From Bacteroidota bacterium (GTDB lineage: Bacteria; Bacteroidota; Bacteroidia; AKYH767-A; OLB10), in NCBI GenBank assembly GCA_019136655.1, contig JAGVTU010000024.1:3553-67552 (forward strand): a stretch of 64,000 nt of DNA, given 5' to 3'. Position 1 is the first letter of the stretch. Each line of letters starts with the position of its first letter. Made by a program: the position numbers and the translations under genes. The notes under the pieces were generated by a model. The model was not told where the DNA came from and searched no databases. It was given only the letters and a program-made list of their open reading frames with translations. Shown here piece by piece: positions 10,120 to 20,073 of this stretch.

Positions 10120-11145
10120 TTAACTCACCTTCTTCTTCAATTTCAATATTGAAAAATCTGATTGCACTTTTCTGATTGTATTTTTCAGAACTCCCAATCC
10201 TGTAATTTCCATTTCTACCACATCTCCATCTTTTAGCCACTGTGGTTTATAATCAGGATTATTCAAAAGCCCGGTTCCGTTAAGCTCCAAAAAACAACCC
10301 GTGCCCACGGTGCCGCTGCCAATCACATCCCCGGGTAATATATTTACTCCATACGCGCAGCGTTCGATAATTTCAGCAAATGTCCAGTCCATATCACCCA
10401 TATTTCCCTCTGACACCTGCACTCCGTTTACTTTACATGTCATCTTCAGGTTATAATTGTTTCCTGTATGGTTGGCCTTGGGAGCAATTTTATATGGTTC
10501 CAACTCATCAGGTGTTACCAGATACGGACCGATAACGGTAGAAAAATCTTTTCCTTTAGCAGGTCCCAGATTCAGCTTCATTTCTTCCATCTGCAATGTG
10601 CGCGCACTCATATCATTCATGATCATATACCCAGCTATATATTTATCAGCATCTGCTGCCTTAATGTTTATTCCCTTCTTACCAATTACCACTGCCACTT
10701 CCAGTTCAAAATCCAGTTTTTCAAAATGATCGGGCATGCAAAAAATATCACCAGGACCCTGTATAGCATTGTGGTTGGTGAAATAAAAAATAGGATACTC
10801 ATCAAACTCCGGTATCATCTCCACTCTGCGGTTGCGTCTTGCTGCAGCTACATGTTGCCTGAATGCATAACCATCGCGACATGAAGTAGGATGAGGCACC
10901 GGTGCTGCAAGAGAAGTGCTGCTGAGAGCATTGCCATTTACCTTTAGTTTTCCCTCTGAAATTTGTTGCTGCAGTAGTGTTGCAGTTTTCATATTGGATT
11001 CAAATTCTTTGAGAAATGCTGCCATGGTATCAGGAAAATTTTGAATCCCTGCTGCCTCTGCCGCTTCGCTTAAATCATATACCTTTTCACTTACAATTAT
11101 TCCCAGTTTGGTGTTATCACCTTTTAATATGCTTACTAATTTCAT
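10120..11145 (-). CDS. fumarylacetoacetate hydrolase (FAH) family protein
   Basis: FAH-family core with metal-binding acidic residues (FELEVAVVIGKKG..., GTGCFLELNG), 341 aa. Confidence 0.75.
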   Translation of the reverse strand: MKLVSILKGDNTKLGIIVSEKVYDLSEAAEAAGIQNFPDTMAAFLKEFESNMKTATLLQQQISEGKLKVNGNALSSTSLAAPVPHPTSCRDGYAFRQHVAAARRNRRVEMIPEFDEYPIFYFTNHNAIQGPGDIFCMPDHFEKLDFELEVAVVIGKKGINIKAADADKYIAGYMIMNDMSARTLQMEEMKLNLGPAKGKDFSTVIGPYLVTPDELEPYKIAPKANHTGNNYNLKMTCKVNGVQVSEGNMGDMDWTFAEIIERCAYGVNILPGDVIGSGTVGTGCFLELNGTGLLNNPDYKPQWLKDGDVVEMEITGLGVLKNTIRKVQSDFSILKLKKKVS

Positions 11146-11305
11146 TTACGATGTAATATTTTGATGTGCGCAAAGTTAATGATACAGGAGCAAATGGTTT
11201 ATTAATGTTGATAATGTTGAAAAAATGGTGGTATTATTTATAAAAACCTCATTTGACAGGAGATGTAAAAAAATTACTTTTGAAAAAATAATATTAAATT
11301 CTCGA

Positions 11306-11824
11306 ATGATGAAAAAAATAATTCTTAGCGGAATATTTTTCCTTGGTGTGATGCAACTTTCTGCACAGCATACTTTAATTTTAAAGAGTGGCGAAAAAAT
11401 GAATGGCACCTTGCAACAGGTGGTGGATAATAAAGTGAGTTTTAAATTCAAAGGAAATGTGATGAGTTTCCCTCTGAACGAGGTAAGCAGTATTTCTTTT
11501 TCAGATGCTTCTAATGAAATGAAGGTGCAGGATTCAGAGATAAAAAATACTGAAGTGAGAGGCGTGAAATATGAAATGGCAGGGCGCACACTTACCAAGC
11601 AACCAAAAATTGAAAACCTTACAATGGAAAAAGGCATTGTAGTTGTTGAAATTACTATTGACAAATATGGTCACGTAACCAAAGCAACTCCGGGAGCTGA
11701 AGGCACTACCACCACAAGCAACTACCTTCTTACCAAAGCCAAACAGGCTGCCGAAAGTGTTTTGTTCGACAACTGTCCTAAATGTCCTCTCGAATCAAAA
11801 GGCACAATCACCATTCCATTCTGA
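11306..11824 (+). CDS. hypothetical secreted protein with TonB-C-like C-terminal domain
   Basis: Signal peptide MMKKIILSGIFFLGVMQLSAQ. C-terminal GIVVVEITIDKYGHV...LLTKAKQAAESVLF loosely resembles the TonB_C fold. The ORF-track start at 11225 is probably an upstream extension. Confidence 0.4.
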   Translation: MMKKIILSGIFFLGVMQLSAQHTLILKSGEKMNGTLQQVVDNKVSFKFKGNVMSFPLNEVSSISFSDASNEMKVQDSEIKNTEVRGVKYEMAGRTLTKQPKIENLTMEKGIVVVEITIDKYGHVTKATPGAEGTTTTSNYLLTKAKQAAESVLFDNCPKCPLESKGTITIPF

Positions 11825-11853
11825 CAGTGTAGCATCGCTACATTTGTGTAACT

Positions 11854-12756
11854 TTGAGTGTGCGTAATAACAAAAAACTCATTGTAATAGCAGGGCCTAC
11901 AGCAGCCGGAAAAACAAATCTGGCTGTTCAGCTTGCTCAAAAACTGAAAACAGAAATTGTTTCATTCGATTCACGGCAATTATATCGTGAAATGCACATC
12001 GGAACTGCCGTACCATCAGCAGCCGAACTTTCAGAGGTAAAACATCATTTCATTCAGTCGCACTCCATTCATGACGAAATGAATGCAGGGGTTTACGAAG
12101 TGCAGGCTCTCGAAAAAATAAATTCTCTCTTCAGTGATTATGATATACTGATTTTTACCGGTGGAACAGGATTATACATGGATGCCGTTTTATTTGGCGT
12201 AGATGATCTTCCTGTTGCAGACCTCAACATTCGAAAAAAATTAGCTGATGAACTGGAGCAATCAGGACTGGAGTCACTTACTTCAAAACTGAAACTTGTA
12301 GATGCCGAATCATACAAAACCATTGATTTGAAAAATCCACGCAGAGTGATGCGTGCGCTCGAAGTTTTTTATGTTACCGGCAAAACTTTTCCTTCACTCA
12401 AGCAAAACAAACCTAAGAAACGTGACTTTGATTTCAATATTTTTATTGTTTCGAAAGAACGTAAACTGCTTTATGAACACATCAACCAGCGAGTGGATAA
12501 TATGATTGAACAGGGGCTCGAAGAAGAAGCAAAACAATTAATGCCACATCGCTCGCTGAAAGCACTTCAAACGGTTGGCTACTCAGAATTTTTTGATTAT
12601 TTCGACAATAAAAATTCCTATGAAAACACTGTTGAGAAAATCAAGCAAAACTCTCGCAACTATGCCAAACGGCAACTCACATGGTTCAGAAAATATCCAG
12701 AAGCCGTATGGGTTGATGCTGATGTGAACAGCATCATGCAACATCTGAAAAAATAA
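11854..12756 (+). CDS. miaA: tRNA dimethylallyltransferase MiaA
   Basis: P-loop IAGPTAAGKT plus conserved MiaA blocks (SFDSRQLYREMHIGTA, RRVMRALEV), 300 aa. Confidence 0.9.
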   Translation: MSVRNNKKLIVIAGPTAAGKTNLAVQLAQKLKTEIVSFDSRQLYREMHIGTAVPSAAELSEVKHHFIQSHSIHDEMNAGVYEVQALEKINSLFSDYDILIFTGGTGLYMDAVLFGVDDLPVADLNIRKKLADELEQSGLESLTSKLKLVDAESYKTIDLKNPRRVMRALEVFYVTGKTFPSLKQNKPKKRDFDFNIFIVSKERKLLYEHINQRVDNMIEQGLEEEAKQLMPHRSLKALQTVGYSEFFDYFDNKNSYENTVEKIKQNSRNYAKRQLTWFRKYPEAVWVDADVNSIMQHLKK

Positions 12757-14832
12757 TCAGTAGGAGCCACTGCGCTTACGCAGAAACCATTCAAGCGACA
12801 GCAATAAAAGCAATATCACCATTATCCATTTCAGATTGAGTAATTCCGAAAGTGTAGTGTGATAATAAGACACAGGTTTCACCGATTCATCTGCCTGAAT
12901 GGCTTTGACCAGTGGACTTATATCCGGTATTGAAGACATTACTCCCTTGGTGGACGAAGCAATGGAATAAAGCAATCCATAGTCTGCAGTAGTTTCAGTT
13001 GTTTCCAGCATCAGTTTGCTCACTGCAAACTCTCCCCTCTCTGTATAAACTTTGTCTCCTGATTTTACCTCTGCACGAAAGCCGTACTTCCCGGGTGAAA
13101 GATAACCTGCATTAAGATGGTAGGTATTGGAAACACGTGAAAAAATAAAACTATATTCCTTACCGGCTTCATTGGTAATAACCATTTTTACTTCAGGCTC
13201 ATTGGTAAGTTCGCCTGCAGGGTTGAGCAATTCAGCATCAAACATTGCCTGCTCATTTTCGTTGAGAGATTTTTTATATCTCACTCTGAAAGGAACCTTG
13301 CTCTCTTTTACAATAAGGTATTGAATGATTTTTCCGAAAAGCTCATCCATGTTTGTGGTTGATTCCTTCTGAGCATATTCATTGAGCCTCCACCGCCAGA
13401 TGCCTTCACCTGCAAGCACTGCTTTGCGAATGTTGTCTGCATTTGAAAAATATAACAATGGCTGACCGGTTTCTACTGCGCCAATACGCTGTGTGAGTAA
13501 GGTGTAAATTTCTTTATCTGCTCGATAAGTGCCAAACGGAGAACTCAATGGCGGAAATGTTGCAATCATCTTCTTCATATCATCCGTCACCGAAAAAAGA
13601 GAAAACTCACTATTGACGGATGCATAAACATCACTGTTCTTTGAAATGGGCTGACTGATGCTCACACCTGTACCCAGCTTGTTGAATTCGGCTACTGAAG
13701 ATTGTGCACCCAAAACCACCAGATAAGGCAATTGTGCAACCTGAAGTTTTTTTATTATTTCAGATGATTTGACAGAGGGTAGCTGATGAAGTATAACCAG
13801 ATTGTAAAGTGCAAGATTATCCTGAAACTGATCAGCGTAAGCTACTGTTAACTGATACTGGCTGGTTTTATCGAGCATGCTTCGTATGGCTGCAATATCA
13901 GGATGTGGCGATTGTGCAATGAGCAAGACTTTCAGTTTGCTGTCAGTAACTTCAATAAAAATTTCAGTACTGTTGTTCTGAATATTTTTCTCTCCATCAA
14001 TTGAGCTTAAACTGATTTTGTAACTATGCACACCCTTTGTTTTCGCTGTCAGAAATACAGGCACTGTTGTAAAAAAATTATTTCCTGTAATGCTTAAAGG
14101 TTTTGTAAACAACACTTCATTTTTTTCGAAAACAGTCAACACTGATGATGCTCCTGCCGATTGTTTTGCAGCAACACGTATTTCGAGAGGAAAATTATTT
14201 CCAATGTTTACAGTCTTGTTATAAGAAATTCCTGCCAGTGATAAATCACGATGCACAGTAGTGTCGCCAACAGCTAAAATATTTACAGGCACTTTAAGCT
14301 CCGTAGCTTTATAAACAGGATTACTGCCTGAGTTGTAAATACCATCTGACACCAGAATAACGGAACCCAAATTGCGTCCGGCATAGAGCGACTGTATATA
14401 ATCCATTGCTCCTGAAATATCCGTTGATTTTTCAGAAAAATTCAAATCATTTCCTGCATGCGTTTCCGAACCGAAGGTGTATAATTTAACATCATAATTT
14501 TTTTGCAACTCTTCAGAAAGTTCATTCACCGCCTTAACTATTTCTGCAGTGGAATGATGTGCAGAATCCATACGCATAGACTCTGAATTGTCAACAGCAA
14601 TGGCAATAACCGGTTTTTCTACTTCGCGAAAATTGGTTTTGACGAACGGAGATAACAACAAAAAACAGAGAAACGACACTGAAATAAACCGCACTGCTGC
14701 CATCAGCCGCTTCAGCCAGGGTCTCACCTCTTCCCATTCAGAGGTGCGGGCATAAAGCAGCCATGCGAATACCAGCCCCGTCAAAATACAAAATATCAGA
14801 AACCAGTAAGGAGTTGAGAGTAATATTTCCAA
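12757..14832 (-). CDS. membrane-anchored von Willebrand factor A (vWA) domain protein
   Basis: Two N-terminal TM helices, MIDAS motif VIAIAVDNSESM, a long extracytoplasmic region and a C-terminal TM helix, 691 aa. Confidence 0.55.
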   Translation of the reverse strand: MEILLSTPYWFLIFCILTGLVFAWLLYARTSEWEEVRPWLKRLMAAVRFISVSFLCFLLLSPFVKTNFREVEKPVIAIAVDNSESMRMDSAHHSTAEIVKAVNELSEELQKNYDVKLYTFGSETHAGNDLNFSEKSTDISGAMDYIQSLYAGRNLGSVILVSDGIYNSGSNPVYKATELKVPVNILAVGDTTVHRDLSLAGISYNKTVNIGNNFPLEIRVAAKQSAGASSVLTVFEKNEVLFTKPLSITGNNFFTTVPVFLTAKTKGVHSYKISLSSIDGEKNIQNNSTEIFIEVTDSKLKVLLIAQSPHPDIAAIRSMLDKTSQYQLTVAYADQFQDNLALYNLVILHQLPSVKSSEIIKKLQVAQLPYLVVLGAQSSVAEFNKLGTGVSISQPISKNSDVYASVNSEFSLFSVTDDMKKMIATFPPLSSPFGTYRADKEIYTLLTQRIGAVETGQPLLYFSNADNIRKAVLAGEGIWRWRLNEYAQKESTTNMDELFGKIIQYLIVKESKVPFRVRYKKSLNENEQAMFDAELLNPAGELTNEPEVKMVITNEAGKEYSFIFSRVSNTYHLNAGYLSPGKYGFRAEVKSGDKVYTERGEFAVSKLMLETTETTADYGLLYSIASSTKGVMSSIPDISPLVKAIQADESVKPVSYYHTTLSELLNLKWIMVILLLLLSLEWFLRKRSGSY

Positions 14833-14887
14833 TGTTTTAACTTATCGGGCAAAGATAAAATATTGAAGGTATTAGTATTTTAGCGGC

Positions 14888-15544
14888 ATGAGTATATTCA
14901 TTGAAAACATACGCAAGTCGTATGATGAGCTGCAGGTGCTGAAAGGCATTACGCTAAACATTGCCGAAGGTGAAGTGGTGGCTATAGTGGGTCCATCCGG
15001 TGCAGGAAAATCTACCTTGCTGCATATTATGGGCACCATAGACAAACCCAACTCCGGTACTGTTCAGCTGCTGAATCAGAATGTCTTGAAATTACCTGAA
15101 AAAAAACTGGCTGATTTCAGAAATAAAAATATTGGTTTTGTGTTTCAGTTCCATCACCTGCTGCCCGAATTTACTGCTCTTGAAAATACCATCATTCCTG
15201 CACTCATTCAGGGAGTAAAAGAAGATGAGGCGCAAAAAAAAGCAAAAGAATGGTTTGAATATCTGAACTTAAAACATCGTTTACATCACAAACCTTCTGA
15301 ACTTTCAGGAGGAGAACAACAAAGAGTGGCAGTTGCACGTGCACTCATCAACAACCCTCCTCTTCTGCTGGCAGATGAACCTTCAGGTAATCTGGATTCA
15401 GCAAATGCAAGTGAACTGCATCAGCTGTTTTTCGACCTGAGAAATAAATTTAATAAAACTGTTGTCATTGTAACACACAACAACGAACTGGCTCAGATGG
15501 CCGACCGCAAAGTTGTGATTCGTGACGGGCTGATTGACAACTAA
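14888..15544 (+). CDS. ABC transporter ATP-binding protein, LolD-like
   Basis: Walker [10 protein letters not shown], signature [15 protein letters not shown], Walker [13 protein letters not shown]. 218 aa, no cognate permease adjacent. Confidence 0.8.
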   Translation: MSIFIENIRKSYDELQVLKGITLNIAEGEVVAIVGPSGAGKSTLLHIMGTIDKPNSGTVQLLNQNVLKLPEKKLADFRNKNIGFVFQFHHLLPEFTALENTIIPALIQGVKEDEAQKKAKEWFEYLNLKHRLHHKPSELSGGEQQRVAVARALINNPPLLLADEPSGNLDSANASELHQLFFDLRNKFNKTVVIVTHNNELAQMADRKVVIRDGLIDN

Positions 15545-15546
15545 AC

Positions 15547-16110
15547 CTAATTTAAGTTTGGGTCGTCAGGGAAATTGGCAAGCAATGAATATTTGTTTTT
15601 CATACTGCGCAATACCTGGCTCCACAATACTTCAGGCTCAGGGTAAAATGTAAATTGCTGATTGGCGGTGCCAAGCATCCATGCATTCACCTGGAGTTCT
15701 TCTTCGAGCTGTTGTGGACTCCATCCTGAATAACCAGCATAAAAACGTATCTGTCCGGGTTTGATTTGTTTTGTATCAATCAAAAATTTCAATCTGTCAT
15801 AATCGCCACCAAGATAAACTCCATCAATAATTTCTTTGGAATCAGGCAATAAATCACCTACAGTGTGTATATAAAACAAAGTGTCGGTATCAACTGGTCC
15901 GCCAAAAAACAAAGGCGCATCGAACTGAGGAAAATCTTCTACGGCATCATTGATTTTTATATCTGTAATTTTATTCAATATAAACCCAAGCGTTCCTTTG
16001 GTATCGTGTTCGCTTAGCAGAATTACAGATCTTTTAAAAAAGTTATCGCTAAGTTGTGGTTCGGAAATAAGTAACGAGCCGGTTGTTGCGTTTAATTCAG
16101 TGCGTGCCAT
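15547..16110 (-). CDS. YqgE/AlgH family protein (UPF0301)
   Basis: Conserved blocks GSLLISEPQL..., GGPVDTDTLFYIH and GYSGWSPQQLEEEL, 187 aa. Confidence 0.75.
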   Translation of the reverse strand: MARTELNATTGSLLISEPQLSDNFFKRSVILLSEHDTKGTLGFILNKITDIKINDAVEDFPQFDAPLFFGGPVDTDTLFYIHTVGDLLPDSKEIIDGVYLGGDYDRLKFLIDTKQIKPGQIRFYAGYSGWSPQQLEEELQVNAWMLGTANQQFTFYPEPEVLWSQVLRSMKNKYSLLANFPDDPNLN

Positions 16111-16325
16111 AGTTCCAAATTTTAAAAGTTTATATTATTTTACGTTCTCTGTCCAAAAAGTTACTCTATTCTTATTTTTTTCTTTTACTAAATGAGTTGC
16201 TAAAAATATGCCATGCAGAATAATTTTTGACTAATGAACATGAGTATTTGCTAATTTTGGTAAATAATTGATGAATTTGTTCGAAAAACTTACAACACTT
16301 GTCAATGGTTTAATAAAAATAAAAA

Positions 16326-16973
16326 ATGAATAAGATAAAAGAGTTGTTACATACTGTCAGAGAAGATTATGCAAAGGATAAATTTGACATTTCCATTGCA
16401 AATGATAATCCATTTGATCAGTTTGAAAATTGGTTTTCGTTAGCAGTTTCTGCTCATATTCCTGACGTAAATGCAATGAATCTTGCAACAGCCGACAAGA
16501 ATGGCCGCCCTTCAAGTAGAATTGTTTTGTTGCGCGATGCCAATGAAGATGGATTCACCTTTTTTACCAACTACAACAGTCGCAAAGGCAGCCAGTTAAT
16601 GGAAAATCCTTTTGCAGCTCTTAATTTTTACTGGCCACAATTAGAAAAGCAAATTCGTGTGGAAGGAAATATAAGTAAAGTAAGCGATCAGGTTTCGGAT
16701 GAATACTTTGCATCACGACCGGTTGACAGCCAGATTGGTGCATGGGCTTCAGACCAAAGTCATACAATTGCATCGCGCAAAGAGTTGGAAGAAAAATATG
16801 CCGCTCTAAAAGAAAAATATAAGAGCACTGTGCCTCGCCCACCACATTGGGGTGGCTTTGTATTAAAGCCTGTTTACTTCGAATTCTGGCAGGGACGAGA
16901 AAGCAGATTGCACGACAGAGTAGTTTATCATCTTGAGGGAAATGCATGGCATAAATCTATGCTGGCTCCCTGA
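16326..16973 (+). CDS. pdxH: pyridoxamine 5'-phosphate oxidase
   Basis: PNPOx blocks (NAMNLATADKNGRPSSRIVLLR, FFTNYNSRKG, EFWQGRESRLHDR), 215 aa. Confidence 0.9.
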   Translation: MNKIKELLHTVREDYAKDKFDISIANDNPFDQFENWFSLAVSAHIPDVNAMNLATADKNGRPSSRIVLLRDANEDGFTFFTNYNSRKGSQLMENPFAALNFYWPQLEKQIRVEGNISKVSDQVSDEYFASRPVDSQIGAWASDQSHTIASRKELEEKYAALKEKYKSTVPRPPHWGGFVLKPVYFEFWQGRESRLHDRVVYHLEGNAWHKSMLAP

Positions 16974-16991
16974 GATGAAAGATTAAATATT

Positions 16992-19076
16992 TTATTCTTT
17001 GGAGTGAGTTTTCCTGTCTTTTTTCTCCTCATCAGCCATCACTAAGTCTATCAGTTTGCATTTGGTTTTATAAATACCAAAAACAACTGTTGCATTGCTG
17101 CCGTCAATACTTTCAACTTTGCCTTTTACTTTTCCATTATATAACTTCACTTCCGAACCGGCTACTATTGCAGGGTTGATGGTGCGTTCAGGCTCTTTCA
17201 GTTTTTTCTCGCGTTTAAGTCCCAGTTCATTCAGAAATTTATCAATCACCTGTTTCTTGTTCTTGGCTTCTTTCAGATCTTTGGCCACACGTTTCATCCT
17301 GTTCTCGTAACGCGCAACAATTTTCTCTTCTTCTTTTCTGAGAAATGTTTCCATTGCAGCTTTTATTTTCTCATTCTCCACTATCAGATTCTCACTTGTA
17401 TGCATGAGCTTTTTCAATTTCTTTTCTTTTTCTTCAAGTTCATTCAGCTTTTTCTGAACAAGATTTTTATCTCTCTCAAGTTTTGTAAGCAATTTTTCTA
17501 ATGCCAAATGATTTTGTGTCACCTTATTTCTTGCTTTGCTGATGAGCGACTGCGACAATCCGCTCCTTGCTGCAACCACAAATGTGTAAGAGCTTCCTGG
17601 TTTTCCTACCTGCAACTGAAAAAGTGGTTTCAGATTTTTAGAATCAAACATCATACTTCCATTGATCAATCCGGGAGTTTTATCAGCAAGTGTTTTCAGA
17701 TTCATAAAATGTGTGGTGATGATACCCGTTGACTTGCGCGCATTGAGTTCTTCGAGCAAGGCTTCTGCAAGTGCTCCTCCAAGGTCAGGGTCGGTGCCAC
17801 TGCCAAACTCGTCAATCAGAAAGAGGCTTTTGTCATCAGCCTGCTCGAGAAAAACTTTCATGTTTTGCAACCTTGAACTGTAGGTGCTAAGCTCATACGC
17901 TATGGATTGTGAGTCGCCAATATCTACAAACAGTTTATTAAATATTGTCATCTGAGATCCTTCGGCCACAGGCACCAGCATACCCGACTGAAGCATCATC
18001 TGTAGCAGTCCTACAGTTTTCATGCAAACTGTTTTGCCACCCGCATTAGGTCCGCTGATGACTAAAATATGATTACGAGAATCGAGCCTCAGCGAAAACG
18101 GAACAGTAATTTTCTTTAATGCTTTGTTATGCAGGAAAAGCAAAGGATGTTGTGCCTTAACGAGATTAAAAGAAATGGATGATGATAAAGTTGGAAGCAC
18201 TGCATGGATTGTCTGTGCATAGAGTGCCTTGGCTCTGCATGTATCCAATTCAACTATGGCTGAAAAATAGGCTTCAATCAAAGGAAGATATTGTCTTAGA
18301 AATTTCGTCAGTTCGCGAAGTATCCTTGCAATTTCCATCCTTTCCTCCTGCTCCAGTTGCCAAACGGAAGTATTTATGTCAACTACTTCTTCAGGTTCTA
18401 TGAATGCTGTTTTACCTGTAGCTGATAAGTCATGTACAATTCCTCTAAGCGTACGTTTTTGTTCGGCTACAATTGACAACACTCTTCTTCCGTTGCGTGA
18501 TGTTTCTTCATTGTCGGCAAGCCATCCGTTTTTGCGGTATTTGCTTAACACACTCTGATAAATCCTATCTGCTTCGGCACGTTGCCTTTGAAGTGTTCTG
18601 CGGATGTGCATCAACTCAGGCGATGCAGAAGAGCGAACTACGCCATACTCATCCAAAACTTTATCAACTGCTTCAACGATGGCTTTCTCAAATTTCAATT
18701 CACTTACCAAAGATGTAAGCAAGGGAAATCTGTCGTTGCGGTTATTAAAAAAAGAAATAATTTCTCCTGTGGATTGAGTCAGCTTTGCAATGTTCAGTGC
18801 ATGTTCAGGTTGCAGCATACTGTTTTCAATACGCAATAGGCCCAACTCTTTTGAAACATCCTTAAATCCGGTCAGACTAAAACTTTCGCCATCAGCAATA
18901 AGCTGAGAAAATTCCTTGGTCTTACCTGTTTCCTGAACAATCCGTTCTCTTTCTGCAACAGGCTGCAATTGCAGAACAATGTTCTTACAGGAAGATGTAA
19001 GCGCAAATTCCGAAATCTGTTTTTTTATTTCATCAAACTCAGCAGTGAGCAGTGAAGCTGATGGAAAAACAAGCAT
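16992..19076 (-). CDS. mutS2: endonuclease MutS2 (MutS domain V ATPase plus C-terminal Smr)
   Basis: Walker A ISGPNAGGKT, MutS ABC signature, Walker B LFLIDEFGSGTD, C-terminal Smr domain (VKLYNGKVKGKV...). A start at 19076 (MLVFPSASLL) avoids an 86-nt overlap with the upstream gene. The ORF track extends to 19232. Confidence 0.8.
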   Translation of the reverse strand: MLVFPSASLLTAEFDEIKKQISEFALTSSCKNIVLQLQPVAERERIVQETGKTKEFSQLIADGESFSLTGFKDVSKELGLLRIENSMLQPEHALNIAKLTQSTGEIISFFNNRNDRFPLLTSLVSELKFEKAIVEAVDKVLDEYGVVRSSASPELMHIRRTLQRQRAEADRIYQSVLSKYRKNGWLADNEETSRNGRRVLSIVAEQKRTLRGIVHDLSATGKTAFIEPEEVVDINTSVWQLEQEERMEIARILRELTKFLRQYLPLIEAYFSAIVELDTCRAKALYAQTIHAVLPTLSSSISFNLVKAQHPLLFLHNKALKKITVPFSLRLDSRNHILVISGPNAGGKTVCMKTVGLLQMMLQSGMLVPVAEGSQMTIFNKLFVDIGDSQSIAYELSTYSSRLQNMKVFLEQADDKSLFLIDEFGSGTDPDLGGALAEALLEELNARKSTGIITTHFMNLKTLADKTPGLINGSMMFDSKNLKPLFQLQVGKPGSSYTFVVAARSGLSQSLISKARNKVTQNHLALEKLLTKLERDKNLVQKKLNELEEKEKKLKKLMHTSENLIVENEKIKAAMETFLRKEEEKIVARYENRMKRVAKDLKEAKNKKQVIDKFLNELGLKREKKLKEPERTINPAIVAGSEVKLYNGKVKGKVESIDGSNATVVFGIYKTKCKLIDLVMADEEKKDRKTHSKE

Positions 19077-19146
19077 TAGTAATGAATGGTCAGATATAAA
19101 ACCGCGAATGATGAAATTGGATATGCAATTGCTGTGCTTTCCAAAA

Positions 19147-19923
19147 TTATTTTCCTTTAAAGGCAGGCGCTCTTTTCTCTTTAAAAGCAGCCACACCTTC
19201 TTTGTTATCTTCCGTAGTAAAACAGTATCCAAACACTTTCACCTCCGACTGAAATCCGTCCTTGCCATTAGCATAATCATTCACACACTGTATCACACCG
19301 GCCACGGCAAGTGGTGCCTGAGCCATAATTTTTGAAGCAATTTCTTTACATTTATTCATCAGTTCAGCCTGTGCAACCACGTAATTCAGCAATCCCAACT
19401 CCAGTGCCTGCTGTGCATTAATCATATCGGTAGTAATCATCAGTTCCAAAGCTTTGGTGCGACCAATGAGTCGGGTCATACGTTGTGTGCCACCATAGGC
19501 AGGTATCAAACCCAATTTCACTTCAGGTTGACCGAAACGGGCATTGTCAGAAGCAATACGAAGGTGGCATGCCATAGCCAGCTCGCATCCTCCTCCCAAA
19601 GCAAAACCATTAACAGCAGCAATTACAGGTTTTGTAGAATTCTCAACAAACTTAAAAACTTCCTGACCATTGGCAGCGAGTGTCATAGCCTGTTGCTCTG
19701 AAAGCCCCTCAAACTCACTGATATCGGCACCGGCAACGAAAGACTTTTCGCCTGCACCGGTTATAATTATCACTTTTACTGACGAATCAGCATTGGCAGC
19801 TGCCACAGCCTTACCAATTTCCTGTACAGTTAAAGCGTTCAATGCGTTCAACTTATCAGGTCTGTTGATCATAATTGTGGCTAATCCATCATGCACTGAA
19901 TACAATAAGTTCTGAAAATTCAT
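19147..19923 (-). CDS. enoyl-CoA hydratase/isomerase (crotonase) family protein
   Basis: Crotonase fold blocks (VIIITGAGEKSFVAGADI, AAVNGFALGGGCELAMACHLRIA), 258 aa. Confidence 0.85.
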   Translation of the reverse strand: MNFQNLLYSVHDGLATIMINRPDKLNALNALTVQEIGKAVAAANADSSVKVIIITGAGEKSFVAGADISEFEGLSEQQAMTLAANGQEVFKFVENSTKPVIAAVNGFALGGGCELAMACHLRIASDNARFGQPEVKLGLIPAYGGTQRMTRLIGRTKALELMITTDMINAQQALELGLLNYVVAQAELMNKCKEIASKIMAQAPLAVAGVIQCVNDYANGKDGFQSEVKVFGYCFTTEDNKEGVAAFKEKRAPAFKGK

Positions 19924-19955
19924 TCTTGTTTGATTTTAAGGATGCAAAAGTACAT

Positions 19956-19980
19956 AAAACAGCAGTTTGTCTGCTGTTTT
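19956..19980. promoter_or_regulatory. perfect 10-bp inverted repeat in the divergent promoter region upstream of the polysaccharide locus
   Basis: AAAACAGCAG-TTTGT-CTGCTGTTTT sits between the divergent starts at 19923(-) and 20074(+). Could be an operator or a bidirectional hairpin. Confidence 0.4.
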
Positions 19981-20031
19981 TCAGGTGGCTAATACCTTTA
20001 TTTTATTATGGTTATGACAGAGAAATAATAC

Positions 20032-20039
20032 TATCTTTG
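20032..20039 (+). promoter_or_regulatory. candidate Bacteroidota -7 promoter box (TAnnTTTG) for wza-like gene
   Basis: TATCTTTG lies 35 nt upstream of the ATG at 20074. The same octamer occurs upstream of rpsA. Confidence 0.3.
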
Positions 20040-20073
20040 CCGCCCATAAATAATTAAATCATAAAATTTTGCA

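Noticed and set aside
11176-11664. 162-aa minus-strand ORF
   Set aside because: It overlaps the signal-peptide-bearing plus-strand gene and the divergent promoter region. It is AT-rich with low-complexity hydrophobic translation and is most likely spurious.
19147-19232. 86-nt overlap between mutS2 (ORF-track start 19232) and the upstream enoyl-CoA hydratase gene
   Set aside because: The conserved MutS2 N-terminal block begins near the internal Met at 19076. Choosing that start removes the long overlap, so the 19232 start is probably an artefactual extension.
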